Source of the DNA: Candidatus Obscuribacteraceae bacterium
Lineage (GTDB): Bacteria > Cyanobacteriota > Vampirovibrionia > Obscuribacterales > Obscuribacteraceae
Assembly: GCA_044226015.1 (NCBI GenBank)
Contig: JBGAHS010000003.1
Coordinates: forward strand, 160,001-224,000
DNA length: 64,000 bases
Reading direction: 5' to 3'
Shown: one piece after another, positions 30,793-39,722 of the stretch
How the letters are laid out: every line of letters begins with the position of its first letter
Numbering within the stretch: position 1 is the first letter of the stretch
The notes under the pieces: model-generated
Seen by the model: the letters and a program-made list of their open reading frames with translations, nothing else
Database searches by the model: none
What the model was told of the DNA's origin: nothing
Translations under genes and position numbers: made by a program

Positions 30793-32487
30793 TCAGGAAG
30801 GGATGAAACACTGGACACCAAGACTTCGCAATCTCGTCAAAAGAGCCTGTCTTTCTTTTGTAGTAAACCCATGAAGCCAAAGAGAACGAAGTTTAGTCGC
30901 CTTGTAATCTTTTGATGGAACTTCTACTCGAAGTTCTACCCTCTCTTCTAAACTCTCGCTACCCTTATGGAAGCGCGCAAGCTTCACCTGCTTCAACGGC
31001 ACATCAACACATATCATATCAGCCTCCCATGCCATTTTAGGAGTCTCAACCAACCTAAAGCCTGAGCGAATGCCAATTTTCAAATTCTTTTCCGTGAGAA
31101 CATAAACCTGCTGCTCGCCTGAGGAATCTCCAGAGAAACCTGTTATAGCTAACAGCATAGCAACCACTCCGAACATCATAAACACTGGAACATGAGTAAA
31201 AACAGTGAGCCCAAAACAACAAGCAAATAAAATGGGCCATATGTACGTGTACACCAAGAAACTGCTGTTAAAGTTCTGCCGACCAGTTGAAAGTTTTACA
31301 GGACTGAGTCCTCCAGTCCAGAGCAAAGTTTCGCCCGCATGGAAATTCTCAGTGATTTTCTTGATAAACTCTTGCTTGTTTGCGCGGTCCGACGTAGTAG
31401 ACACAGTAAACTGACCGACCACGGCGCCTGGAAAGCTTTCCAGGTCACCCATTGAGTACTTCAATTGCTCAATTGAATAATTTGGAAGATCGGACGGAGC
31501 AATACGAATGACAGCTCTCGACGACGATACAGAATCGATCTCATTCTTTTTGCTAGCAGGCAAAGGCAACTTTCGTGTATTAACTGCTCGCAAAGACCTT
31601 TCAATCTCGAGTTTTTGCCCGAGGAAAGGCAACGCAGAACAGGGCTGCCGTACTAGAGTTCGAATCTGCTTCGAAAACTCCTTACATCGCCCACCAAGAG
31701 ACTCAAGCTCATGAAGGTTGTTCGATGAGTCGGAAGAAATAAAATCCTCTCGGGTGAGAAAGAATGCTTCTTCATTAGCAATAAACGTTCCATGCGAACG
31801 CGGGTCAGCAATAAGGCAATCTAGCGCACCGCATATCAACCATGCCGAAAAATTGTCCAGCTCCGGACCAAAATCAAGCTCTGTTCTTTGCGGGTGTTGG
31901 TAGTTTCTATGCCCCAGTTCATTGCTATGCCATCCTTTTAGGTCTGGCACGAACATTCCGTCGTAATCAATCAGCCTAAGAGAACCATCATCAGTAACTA
32001 CAACATTGTCATGCTGCAAATCACCATGGGCGATACCATTTTCTTTCAGCGCCTGCATCATTGCTTTGAACTGCTCAAGTAAATTAGCTAATTTCTCGCC
32101 ATTCTTAATATTCTCACGAACATAACGACCGAAGGACAAACCTGACACGTACTCCATCTTCAACAACGGAAACCAATCGCTTCCAACGAGAATTCCCTTA
32201 TCTAGAAGTTCAAAATCTACGGTGTATTCCAGATCATCCTTCAGTACAAACTGAGAAATCTTTTTGTACCGCTCTTGTCGATCTGGAAAGTTATGCAAGA
32301 AGCAGCGCACTGCCCAGGACTTCTCGCCTCCCAATATTTTGAAAACAGCCGCATACTGCCCACTATTAACGAGAGGCAACTGCAATGCATCGAGCAACAG
32401 CTCTCCATTTCGAAGTTCTTCATCTCCGATAGAAACTGACTGAATCTGAATTGCTTCTCGATAATCTTGTGGGCTAGGCCAGCGCAA
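30793..32487 (-). CDS. membrane-anchored Ser/Thr kinase-like protein, paralog 1
   Basis: WPSPQDYREA, HGDLQHDN, LIDYDG, GHRNYQHP; two TMs; C-terminal beta-rich domain; TTG start. Confidence 0.85.
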   Translation of the reverse strand: MRWPSPQDYREAIQIQSVSIGDEELRNGELLLDALQLPLVNSGQYAAVFKILGGEKSWAVRCFLHNFPDRQERYKKISQFVLKDDLEYTVDFELLDKGILVGSDWFPLLKMEYVSGLSFGRYVRENIKNGEKLANLLEQFKAMMQALKENGIAHGDLQHDNVVVTDDGSLRLIDYDGMFVPDLKGWHSNELGHRNYQHPQRTELDFGPELDNFSAWLICGALDCLIADPRSHGTFIANEEAFFLTREDFISSDSSNNLHELESLGGRCKEFSKQIRTLVRQPCSALPFLGQKLEIERSLRAVNTRKLPLPASKKNEIDSVSSSRAVIRIAPSDLPNYSIEQLKYSMGDLESFPGAVVGQFTVSTTSDRANKQEFIKKITENFHAGETLLWTGGLSPVKLSTGRQNFNSSFLVYTYIWPILFACCFGLTVFTHVPVFMMFGVVAMLLAITGFSGDSSGEQQVYVLTEKNLKIGIRSGFRLVETPKMAWEADMICVDVPLKQVKLARFHKGSESLEERVELRVEVPSKDYKATKLRSLWLHGFTTKERQALLTRLRSLGVQCFIPS

Positions 32488-32639
32488 AGGGTGTTCCTCC
32501 TTTCAATGCATACAAGTATCTCAAATTTCGCCAACAGAATGACCTGTCAAAGTGCGCAGATATCACCCAGTCCTTTTTTCTTGCGGACAGAGCGAAAATA
32601 GAACTTGGCACGGAAGAGGAACAAGCCTAAAACGACTAC

Positions 32640-34340
32640 TCAGGAAGGAACAGAACACTGCACTCCTAAACTTCTCAATCTCGTCAACAGCGCAAGGCGT
32701 TCTTTAACCGTAAAGCCATGTAACCAAAGTGAACGAATTTCCGTAGTTTTATAGTCTTTGCTTGGAACTTCAACCCGAAGTTGAACGCGCTCTTCAAGCT
32801 TCTCACTTCCTTTGTAGAAGAGAGCAATCTTGATTTGTCTCAACGGAATATCAATACTCACAAGATCAGCCTCAAGAGTTTCAGAGTCAGTTGGTTTGTA
32901 ATTCGTTCGAAACCCAATTTTCAAGTTTTTTTCCGTAAGGACATAAATCTTGTGTTCGCCCGATGAGTTGTTGCCTGTCGAACCGCCCAGAACAATTGCA
33001 AAACCAGCAATACCCAAGATAAAAAAGCCTGGAAACATAGTAACAATTGCTAACGCCAGACTCACAAAAACTATCGCCAAGGCAACAGCCAGGTGCAGGG
33101 AACCACTGGCTCGAAAGCTCTGTTGCCCAGATGATAGCTTCATAGGGTTTATTCCACCACTCCAAAGAATTGTTTCGCCTGCAAGCAGATTCTCACCCAT
33201 CTTCTGTAGAAACTCTTGCTTACCCGCCGCATCAGAAGAACTCGACCGCACAAACACAGTGCCCAGAAGCTTACCCGGAAAGCAATTAAGTTCCCCTTTC
33301 GAATACTTCAAATCATCGTGAGAATAAATTGGCAGGTTGCTAGAGCCAGGTTTAGTAATGAGAGCTTCCTCTAGCCAGCCTGTCGCGATTTCAGTCCTCT
33401 TCGACAGAGCCGCTGGCAGCTTGAGCGGCGTAATGCTTTTGAGTGACTTATCAATTTCAAGCCTTTCATTCAGATATGGAAGCCCCGAACAGTTATGCCG
33501 CACAAGAGTTCTAATTTGACGCGAGAACTCTTTGCACTTGCCACCCATGTCTTCGAGGTCATGAAGCACCTTTGAAGAATCTGCAGAAATAAAATCTTCC
33601 CGGCTAAGAAAGAACGACTCGTCGTTCGCCAAAAATTTTTCGTGAACCTTCGGCTCAGAAATAAGGCAATCTAGCGCACCGCATATCAACCATGCCGAAA
33701 AATTGTCCAGCTCCGGACCAAAATCAAGCTCTGTTCTTTGCGGGTGTTGGTAGTTTCTATGCCCCAGTTCATTGCTATGCCATCCTTTCAAGTCTGGCAC
33801 GTACATGCCATCGTAATCAATCAGCCTCAGGGAACCATTATCAGTAACCACAACATTGTCATGCTGCAAATCACCATGGGCGATACCATTGTTTCGCAGT
33901 GCAGTCATCATGCTCCTAAACTTGTGGAGCAAATCACGCAACTTTGCAGCATCTTTTATATTCTCGCGGACATATCTCCCCAGGGAGATACCAGACACAT
34001 ACTCCATCTTCAAAAGCGGAAACCAATCGCTTCCAACGAGAATTCCCTTATCCAGAAGTTCAAAATCTACGGTGTATTCCAGATCATCCTTCAGGACAAA
34101 CTGAGAAATCTTTTTGTACCGCTCTTGTCGATCTGGAAAGTTATGCAAGAAGCAGCGCACTGCCCAGGCATTTCGTTTACCGCCAATAATCTTAAATACC
34201 GCGGCGTACTGCCCACTGTTAACCAGCGGCAACTGCAAAGGGTCCAGCTCAATCTCGCCTGCCCGCAATTCTTCATCGCCAACTGACGTAGCTAAGGTCT
34301 GTATTGCCTCACGATAGTCTTGTGGACTTGGCCAGCGCAA
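32640..34340 (-). CDS. membrane-anchored Ser/Thr kinase-like protein, paralog 2
   Basis: same motifs and architecture as 30793-32487. Confidence 0.85.
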   Translation of the reverse strand: MRWPSPQDYREAIQTLATSVGDEELRAGEIELDPLQLPLVNSGQYAAVFKIIGGKRNAWAVRCFLHNFPDRQERYKKISQFVLKDDLEYTVDFELLDKGILVGSDWFPLLKMEYVSGISLGRYVRENIKDAAKLRDLLHKFRSMMTALRNNGIAHGDLQHDNVVVTDNGSLRLIDYDGMYVPDLKGWHSNELGHRNYQHPQRTELDFGPELDNFSAWLICGALDCLISEPKVHEKFLANDESFFLSREDFISADSSKVLHDLEDMGGKCKEFSRQIRTLVRHNCSGLPYLNERLEIDKSLKSITPLKLPAALSKRTEIATGWLEEALITKPGSSNLPIYSHDDLKYSKGELNCFPGKLLGTVFVRSSSSDAAGKQEFLQKMGENLLAGETILWSGGINPMKLSSGQQSFRASGSLHLAVALAIVFVSLALAIVTMFPGFFILGIAGFAIVLGGSTGNNSSGEHKIYVLTEKNLKIGFRTNYKPTDSETLEADLVSIDIPLRQIKIALFYKGSEKLEERVQLRVEVPSKDYKTTEIRSLWLHGFTVKERLALLTRLRSLGVQCSVPS

Positions 34341-34558
34341 TCAAAAGCACTCCTGCACATTTACACGAGTCTACCATCTTCACAATTAAATAGAACATGA
34401 GCTAAGGCTCCTTAGCGAGGACTCCTTCTAAAAGACTTACTGGCCCCTCAAAACCGGATATGATCACGTATTGCTGCAAATCAAATTATTCAACATACTC
34501 AAGTCGGATTGGTTGATATTGGGCTCGCATTGATATTCATGCCGAGGTCAATTAACAA

Positions 34559-35737
34559 ATGAACGAAACTATCACGAAGCTAGAGCTAAGTCGCAACGAT
34601 GCTAATGAGACTGGTGAGAGCAGAGTCGATTCCTCACCAAGCTTAGATGCCCTGAGCCTGTTGCAAGAGAACAACGGCAAGAAGGAAAAAATTGGCAAGA
34701 GCGAGAGCCGCTCGGGACAGAGCGATCCTTTCGAGCTAAAGATCATACCTCTTAGCACTGTTATAGGCATGACAGCATCGACCGGCACAATCCGAGCAAG
34801 TATTTCGATGAACGATGCATATAACACCAAATTAGCGCTATTGAATCCCGAAGCGAATCCTGACATATTTCGAGAAGGCTCATTTGCGAAGAGCCTTGCG
34901 CAAACCCAACTCAACGTCGGACTACTAAAAACACTCGAAGAAAGAGCAGTAGATGAGCTTCACGGAACACAGACGAATTTGAATACGGCTTTAAAAGAAG
35001 CTTCAGAAGTAAATCGATCCTATATATGGACCAAGTTCAATTCACCTGCAGAAAAGACTGACTCCTTAGTGAAGGCTCGCAAAGATTTTCTCTGGGGTGA
35101 CAGAACTAAGTATCCTCACGGTCACGAAGTAAAAATGCTGGGGCTCAACGGTCGAAAGGCTAGTGATTACGTAGGCTCGGCAATGGAAGTAGAAAAATCA
35201 ATAAAACTGTTCGAGGAGGGAACACGCGAAGCAAACATGCTTCATGGCGTTGAACGCACGCAATTAGCAGAAATAAAAGCGCAACATAATTTGACCGAAA
35301 TCACGAGTAAACTAAACGCACAACAGACTGAGTTAGCCAGACTCAAGGTTCAAATTCCAAAACTAACAAGCAAAGCGAATGTCCTGAACGAATTCAACTC
35401 GGGAGTAGCATTGAGTGCAGCAAGCATGATTGCAGGTCACTACGTCGACGAAGCGATGGGCTTAGAAAGTCCCGTTAATTCGCTCGGGCGTGCCACAATA
35501 GATGGGCTAATCGTTCCTACAATACTCAGCTCGGCTATAACAAAACCAATGAAAATAGTGCTCGCATCAGCTTCTTTTGGCGCATCACGCGTGCTCGGAG
35601 TTTTAGAGCAGCAGGCAAAAGCTGAGAATGAGGATAAAACATCCTGGTTTACGATAAGACCTTACAATGACGCACAGCAAGAAATAAATCCGAAGTTCTC
35701 ACTGAAGAACCAGCTAAAAACACTGGGGGCGAGGTAA
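34559..35737 (+). CDS. hypothetical coiled-coil protein with hydrophobic C-terminal helices
   Basis: 392-aa ORF; disordered N-terminus, heptad region, small-residue-rich hydrophobic tail. Confidence 0.7.
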   Translation: MNETITKLELSRNDANETGESRVDSSPSLDALSLLQENNGKKEKIGKSESRSGQSDPFELKIIPLSTVIGMTASTGTIRASISMNDAYNTKLALLNPEANPDIFREGSFAKSLAQTQLNVGLLKTLEERAVDELHGTQTNLNTALKEASEVNRSYIWTKFNSPAEKTDSLVKARKDFLWGDRTKYPHGHEVKMLGLNGRKASDYVGSAMEVEKSIKLFEEGTREANMLHGVERTQLAEIKAQHNLTEITSKLNAQQTELARLKVQIPKLTSKANVLNEFNSGVALSAASMIAGHYVDEAMGLESPVNSLGRATIDGLIVPTILSSAITKPMKIVLASASFGASRVLGVLEQQAKAENEDKTSWFTIRPYNDAQQEINPKFSLKNQLKTLGAR

Positions 35738-35815
35738 GCACCCTGTACCTGCAGCAAACATAGCAGATTCCAAAGAGTTCCCAGTTCAATTGAAGAGCCG
35801 ATGAGCTGCGAAACG

Positions 35816-36946
35816 CTACCGAGCGAAGCGTATCTCTTTCTTCTCGCGATCAATCTTGTAGATGCGATCTCCAAAGAAGTTGAGACCAAGAAGCGGATAT
35901 GCAGTTTTGCAATCAATCACGCGAATAGGAAAGTGTTGTTTTCTAATATCGCCTAAGGTGATGTCAGCGAACATGTCCCAACTATTCACGTAAGCTCCAT
36001 TTGGTCCTCGCGTGCTCGTCGTTGGTGGTGTATCACCAACCTTGACGCGAAGTTGCTCTGCCTGTTCTTTGCTCAAACAAACTCCGAAAGACCCTGAGTC
36101 AAAACACATATCCACGTTGCGTCCATTGAATCTGGTTGTGACTATCATCTTGTCTCCATCAGCAACGAATGGAACAGCAAAAGAATCAACCAAAAACGTG
36201 CCACGCGTCGAACCAGTTCTGTGGAATCGCATGAGAGCAGCCTGCCCATCAATCGAACAATCATAGCCATTGAAAAAGGGTTGCCCAAGAATAGGTGACT
36301 CCATTACGGCATCTTGCACCATTATCGGCAAAGTCCGTTTCAAGCTTCCAAGCTTAATAACGGCGTTGAGTTTGTAAACAGGAACAGGACCAGACACCGT
36401 ATTTAGTGGCGGCATTCGTTCACGATCGGCATCCTTCAAATTCGCCGACTCAATCTGATTGCGTCCGAACAAACATTCCTCCGCGCCTGTGTCGAAGATC
36501 ATTTCCATGCCGCGTCCTTGCAAATCAGCCTGCACAGCCATTTGCCCTTTGGATGTTCTCCTGAAGGGAATACTGAATTCGACCGGGTCACTAGCCTCGT
36601 TTTGGGTCAGAGCATTAGGTTTTGCGAGATTCTGCATCAGAAACCCGTGCGCGAGTTGAGCAGCTTCTGTTCCTTTATATTTTGTCTCTATCTTTCGAAA
36701 CAACTCTGTCGCTTTATCAGCCTGACTCATTTGAATATAGCAAAGCGCGCAATAGTAAAGGCGCTTTGACTCAAGCTCTGTACCTGATTTCCAATTTGAA
36801 AAGAATTGAAGGGCATCGCTGAAACGTTTGCGATTGTACAGTTCTATTCCTCTGGATAGAGCGTCATCAGCGAACGCAGCACTTGCCAGCGCAAACTGAG
36901 CCAGAATCAGAACAAAAAAAATGGGAAGCCTGCGCTCAATCGCCAT
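35816..36946 (-). CDS. exported TPR plus tandem retropepsin-like aspartic protease
   Basis: signal peptide, TPR, FDTGA...ILGQPFF and FDSGS...LLGLNFF. Confidence 0.85.
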   Translation of the reverse strand: MAIERRLPIFFVLILAQFALASAAFADDALSRGIELYNRKRFSDALQFFSNWKSGTELESKRLYYCALCYIQMSQADKATELFRKIETKYKGTEAAQLAHGFLMQNLAKPNALTQNEASDPVEFSIPFRRTSKGQMAVQADLQGRGMEMIFDTGAEECLFGRNQIESANLKDADRERMPPLNTVSGPVPVYKLNAVIKLGSLKRTLPIMVQDAVMESPILGQPFFNGYDCSIDGQAALMRFHRTGSTRGTFLVDSFAVPFVADGDKMIVTTRFNGRNVDMCFDSGSFGVCLSKEQAEQLRVKVGDTPPTTSTRGPNGAYVNSWDMFADITLGDIRKQHFPIRVIDCKTAYPLLGLNFFGDRIYKIDREKKEIRFAR

Positions 36947-37098
36947 AAAAGACTCGCGAACAAAACACCATTATAGTCTTGATCAGAGAATCGATGACCT
37001 CAGAGCACCGCCCCAAGGTCACTAAATGCCATCAAACGTCCTAAGAGGCTGCTAAAGCCGCCAAGCAAAGAGAAGATTCAAAAGGTCCAGGGGTTCGC

Positions 37099-38133
37099 CT
37101 AAAACGAACTCAGCATCCGACGCATGCGGCGAGCATTCCTACCAAAATACTGAACCCCATTTCCACCGCTGCTGCGAGCCATTTTCTTCTGCTTCATAGG
37201 TTTATTAACGAGCTGTCCACTCATGTCGCGATCGTCTTCATGCTTCTCATATTTCTGTCTGCCGTAGTCGGTGTAAGCAGCAACATCAAAATCCTGATAT
37301 TTCACAAATGGGCGTTGAGCCAGCCGCTCGTGCATAATTACATCTGTGGTTTTGAAGGCTGAATTCAACATTTTATTGTCATTCGCCTGCAAAGCCTGCA
37401 CGGCCAGACTGGCATTCAATACGGTGTCGGACTGATACGGACGAGTTTTCGCCTCATACTTTTGATCAAAGCCCTGCATTCGACTGCGTTTTACCATATC
37501 GTGCGGATGCTCTTGAATGTGAGCAAGGTGCATCTGAGAGAACATTCGATTCTTCTGCCCTTGTGTCAAACGAGGGTCCTGATAGATTCGAAGAAGTTGC
37601 ATACCAAATTGAAGTTCTCGAGTTAGATCTTGAGGTGCCCAATACCCCGGCAAACAATGCAAAACAGTTCCGTCTGGAGCCATCATGAAAAGCTGCAAGT
37701 TATGCGGCCCCGCACCATTGGTCGTCACTATGCCTTTTCCATCTGGTGCATGCCGCCCGGAAACGCCACAGTAAGGCTCATTCTCAATGTCTTTCGCCCC
37801 GCAAACGAAATTTTGCTTCAAGTAAGAAAACGCGGGCTCTTGGGAAAGGGACACGTCCCTCAGGCTATTGCCAGCACTTCAAGTTTTTCCGTTTAACGGA
37901 CCTAGCATGTGCATAAAAAATATAGGCTTATTCTGCTGTTGGGCAGCCCGCCTCGTATTGTCAAACGTCGTGTACCAGGGAATCTCGGTAGTCAATTTGG
38001 TGATTCGAGCGAAAGCGTCTTGCCCATCAACCATCTTTGAAGGAGCGCCCGTAATAGGAACTGCCATTGCCAAACCATTTGATGCAAGCACCGATGCAAA
38101 CAGCAAACCTGGCAGAATCTTTCGCAAATTCAT
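37099..38133 (-). CDS. candidate exported thioredoxin-like (SelN-like) selenoprotein, in-frame UGA at codon 85, 344 aa
   Basis: ORFs 37879-38160 and 37099-37854 share a frame: ...GGA AAA ACT TGA AGT GCT GGC AAT AGC CTG AGG GAC GTG TCC...; the thioredoxin-like motif runs through the TGA. Confidence 0.75.
37847..37860 (-). promoter_or_regulatory. candidate bacterial SECIS hairpin
   Basis: AGGGA-CGUG-UCCCU; stem starts 18 nt and loop 23 nt after the UGA, with GU in the loop. Confidence 0.6.
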
Positions 38134-38237
38134 TTGCCGACCTCGATAAAATAGGAACACAATTCTAAGACGTCAAACCAGAAGAAAAAGTTCAATTCCC
38201 AAGATAAAAAATTTCATCTGGGAGCTTATATTCATAA

Positions 38238-39248
38238 TTGATCGTCGCCTCTGCTATAGTCAAGCCAAGGAGCTTAGACAATGCCATGAATTTTGCCCCA
38301 ATTTCGATCACACGCAGCGTTCTCTTTTCACTATTAATCACGATACAAATTTATTCGCCAATGGAAAGTTTCGCCACGTCTCCAAGCAATGTACCTATCA
38401 AGTCATGGCATGAACTGAGTAATCCCAAGAATCTTCTGCCAATAAATGGCGCATACTATTACGAATTTTCTCTACCTAATGGCAGCACAGCGCATCTTGT
38501 TGTCGCGAACATAAAAAATGGAAAGTGGCGATTAGTTCCTGTGTTATCAGAAAAAACTAGTACTACAAGCCACACCGCAACAGGCTCGTCCGCAAGCGCA
38601 GCCGTCAACGGCGGTTACTTCAACCTCAACGACGGGGAAAGCGCAAGTTATGTCATCAAAGAGGGAAAGCTAATCGCTGACCCACACAACAACAAAGCGT
38701 TGACTGGAAACCCAAAATTACAAGCTTTCTTGCCACAGATATTTGAGCGCAGCGAATTGCGAATACTGAAATCCAAAAGCAAAAAAGATGCCAAACCAAA
38801 TCAATTGCAGATAGCCAGACACTCTGAACCACTGCCAAAGAACACCATTCTCGTCGACTCCTTACAGGCAGGACCACGGCTGCTGCCACAAGTTACACTC
38901 GAAGAAGAAGGCTTCCTTCGAAAACAAAATGATGGAAGCTATGTGGATGCCATCGGCGGAAGGAAAGCAGCCGCCCGCACCGCTGTTGGTATCACAGATG
39001 ATGGACATGCGTTAATACTGGCAGTTGCAGGAAAGGGTCAAGACCCTGAATCAACAGGTCTCACACTGGCTGACATGGCTGAACTGCTCAAACGCTTGGG
39101 CTGTACCGAAGCACTCAACCTAGATGGTGGGTCATCCACCTCCATGTTTGTGCGCATCCCCACTGTCGAATCAGGAAAAGGCAGCACCGTCTGCGCAAAA
39201 TCTCCAGAGACTCTTGTAAAAACCATCCTCATGTTGATGCCACAATAA
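38238..39248 (+). CDS. exported phosphodiester glycosidase (NAGPA-like) family protein
   Basis: AVNGGYF, AGPRLL, ARTAVG, ALNLDGGSSTSM. Confidence 0.85.
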   Translation: MIVASAIVKPRSLDNAMNFAPISITRSVLFSLLITIQIYSPMESFATSPSNVPIKSWHELSNPKNLLPINGAYYYEFSLPNGSTAHLVVANIKNGKWRLVPVLSEKTSTTSHTATGSSASAAVNGGYFNLNDGESASYVIKEGKLIADPHNNKALTGNPKLQAFLPQIFERSELRILKSKSKKDAKPNQLQIARHSEPLPKNTILVDSLQAGPRLLPQVTLEEEGFLRKQNDGSYVDAIGGRKAAARTAVGITDDGHALILAVAGKGQDPESTGLTLADMAELLKRLGCTEALNLDGGSSTSMFVRIPTVESGKGSTVCAKSPETLVKTILMLMPQ

Positions 39249-39299
39249 AGAAATCGGATTGGTCGGGCGCGTCAAATTTGGTATCGAAAACAACCAGAT

Positions 39300-39602
39300 T
39301 TGAAGGACGATGTCTTAGCCAAGGTCAAACTAGCACAACATGACCCACACGTAGCGAATGTCGGATTTAGCAAGTCTCTGGCAAATAGTTTTCGAGCCCT
39401 GGACCCGATGACATTTACGATGTTAGCCAATGAATTGTCGCGCAAAAATAGCTACTTTTCGACCATGCCTCAAGTAACCCTCTATGGGCAATCTGATGGT
39501 TTCGGACCAGAACTGGACTTTAGACCGGGCTATTTGGACTTTTCAAAGCCTGCCACAAAAGTGCAAACCTACTTCGCCACCCGATTCAAGCCCACTGACT
39601 AG
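39300..39602 (+). CDS. small hypothetical protein
   Basis: 100-aa ORF with TTG start; no family recognised. Confidence 0.45.
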   Translation: MKDDVLAKVKLAQHDPHVANVGFSKSLANSFRALDPMTFTMLANELSRKNSYFSTMPQVTLYGQSDGFGPELDFRPGYLDFSKPATKVQTYFATRFKPTD

Positions 39603-39722
39603 AAATAATAAAGCCACGATACACAAATCGGATCCATTAAGGTTTTCTGTCTTGAGGAACCAGAATTTCACACACTTCAAATAAATTGCCATTCTCGGGC
39701 GATTTACAGGGGTGGGCAACTG

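Noticed and set aside
30644..30890. Diversity-generating retroelement TR/VR pair (repeat of a gene 3' end next to the gene)
   Set aside because: Mismatches are not confined to adenines and are mostly synonymous, and there is no reverse transcriptase in the window; a paralog remnant fits better
37099..37854. Independent 251-aa gene starting at GTG
   Set aside because: The start lies in a hairpin loop without a spaced RBS and would cut a thioredoxin-like motif in half; treated as the 3' part of the UGA-containing gene
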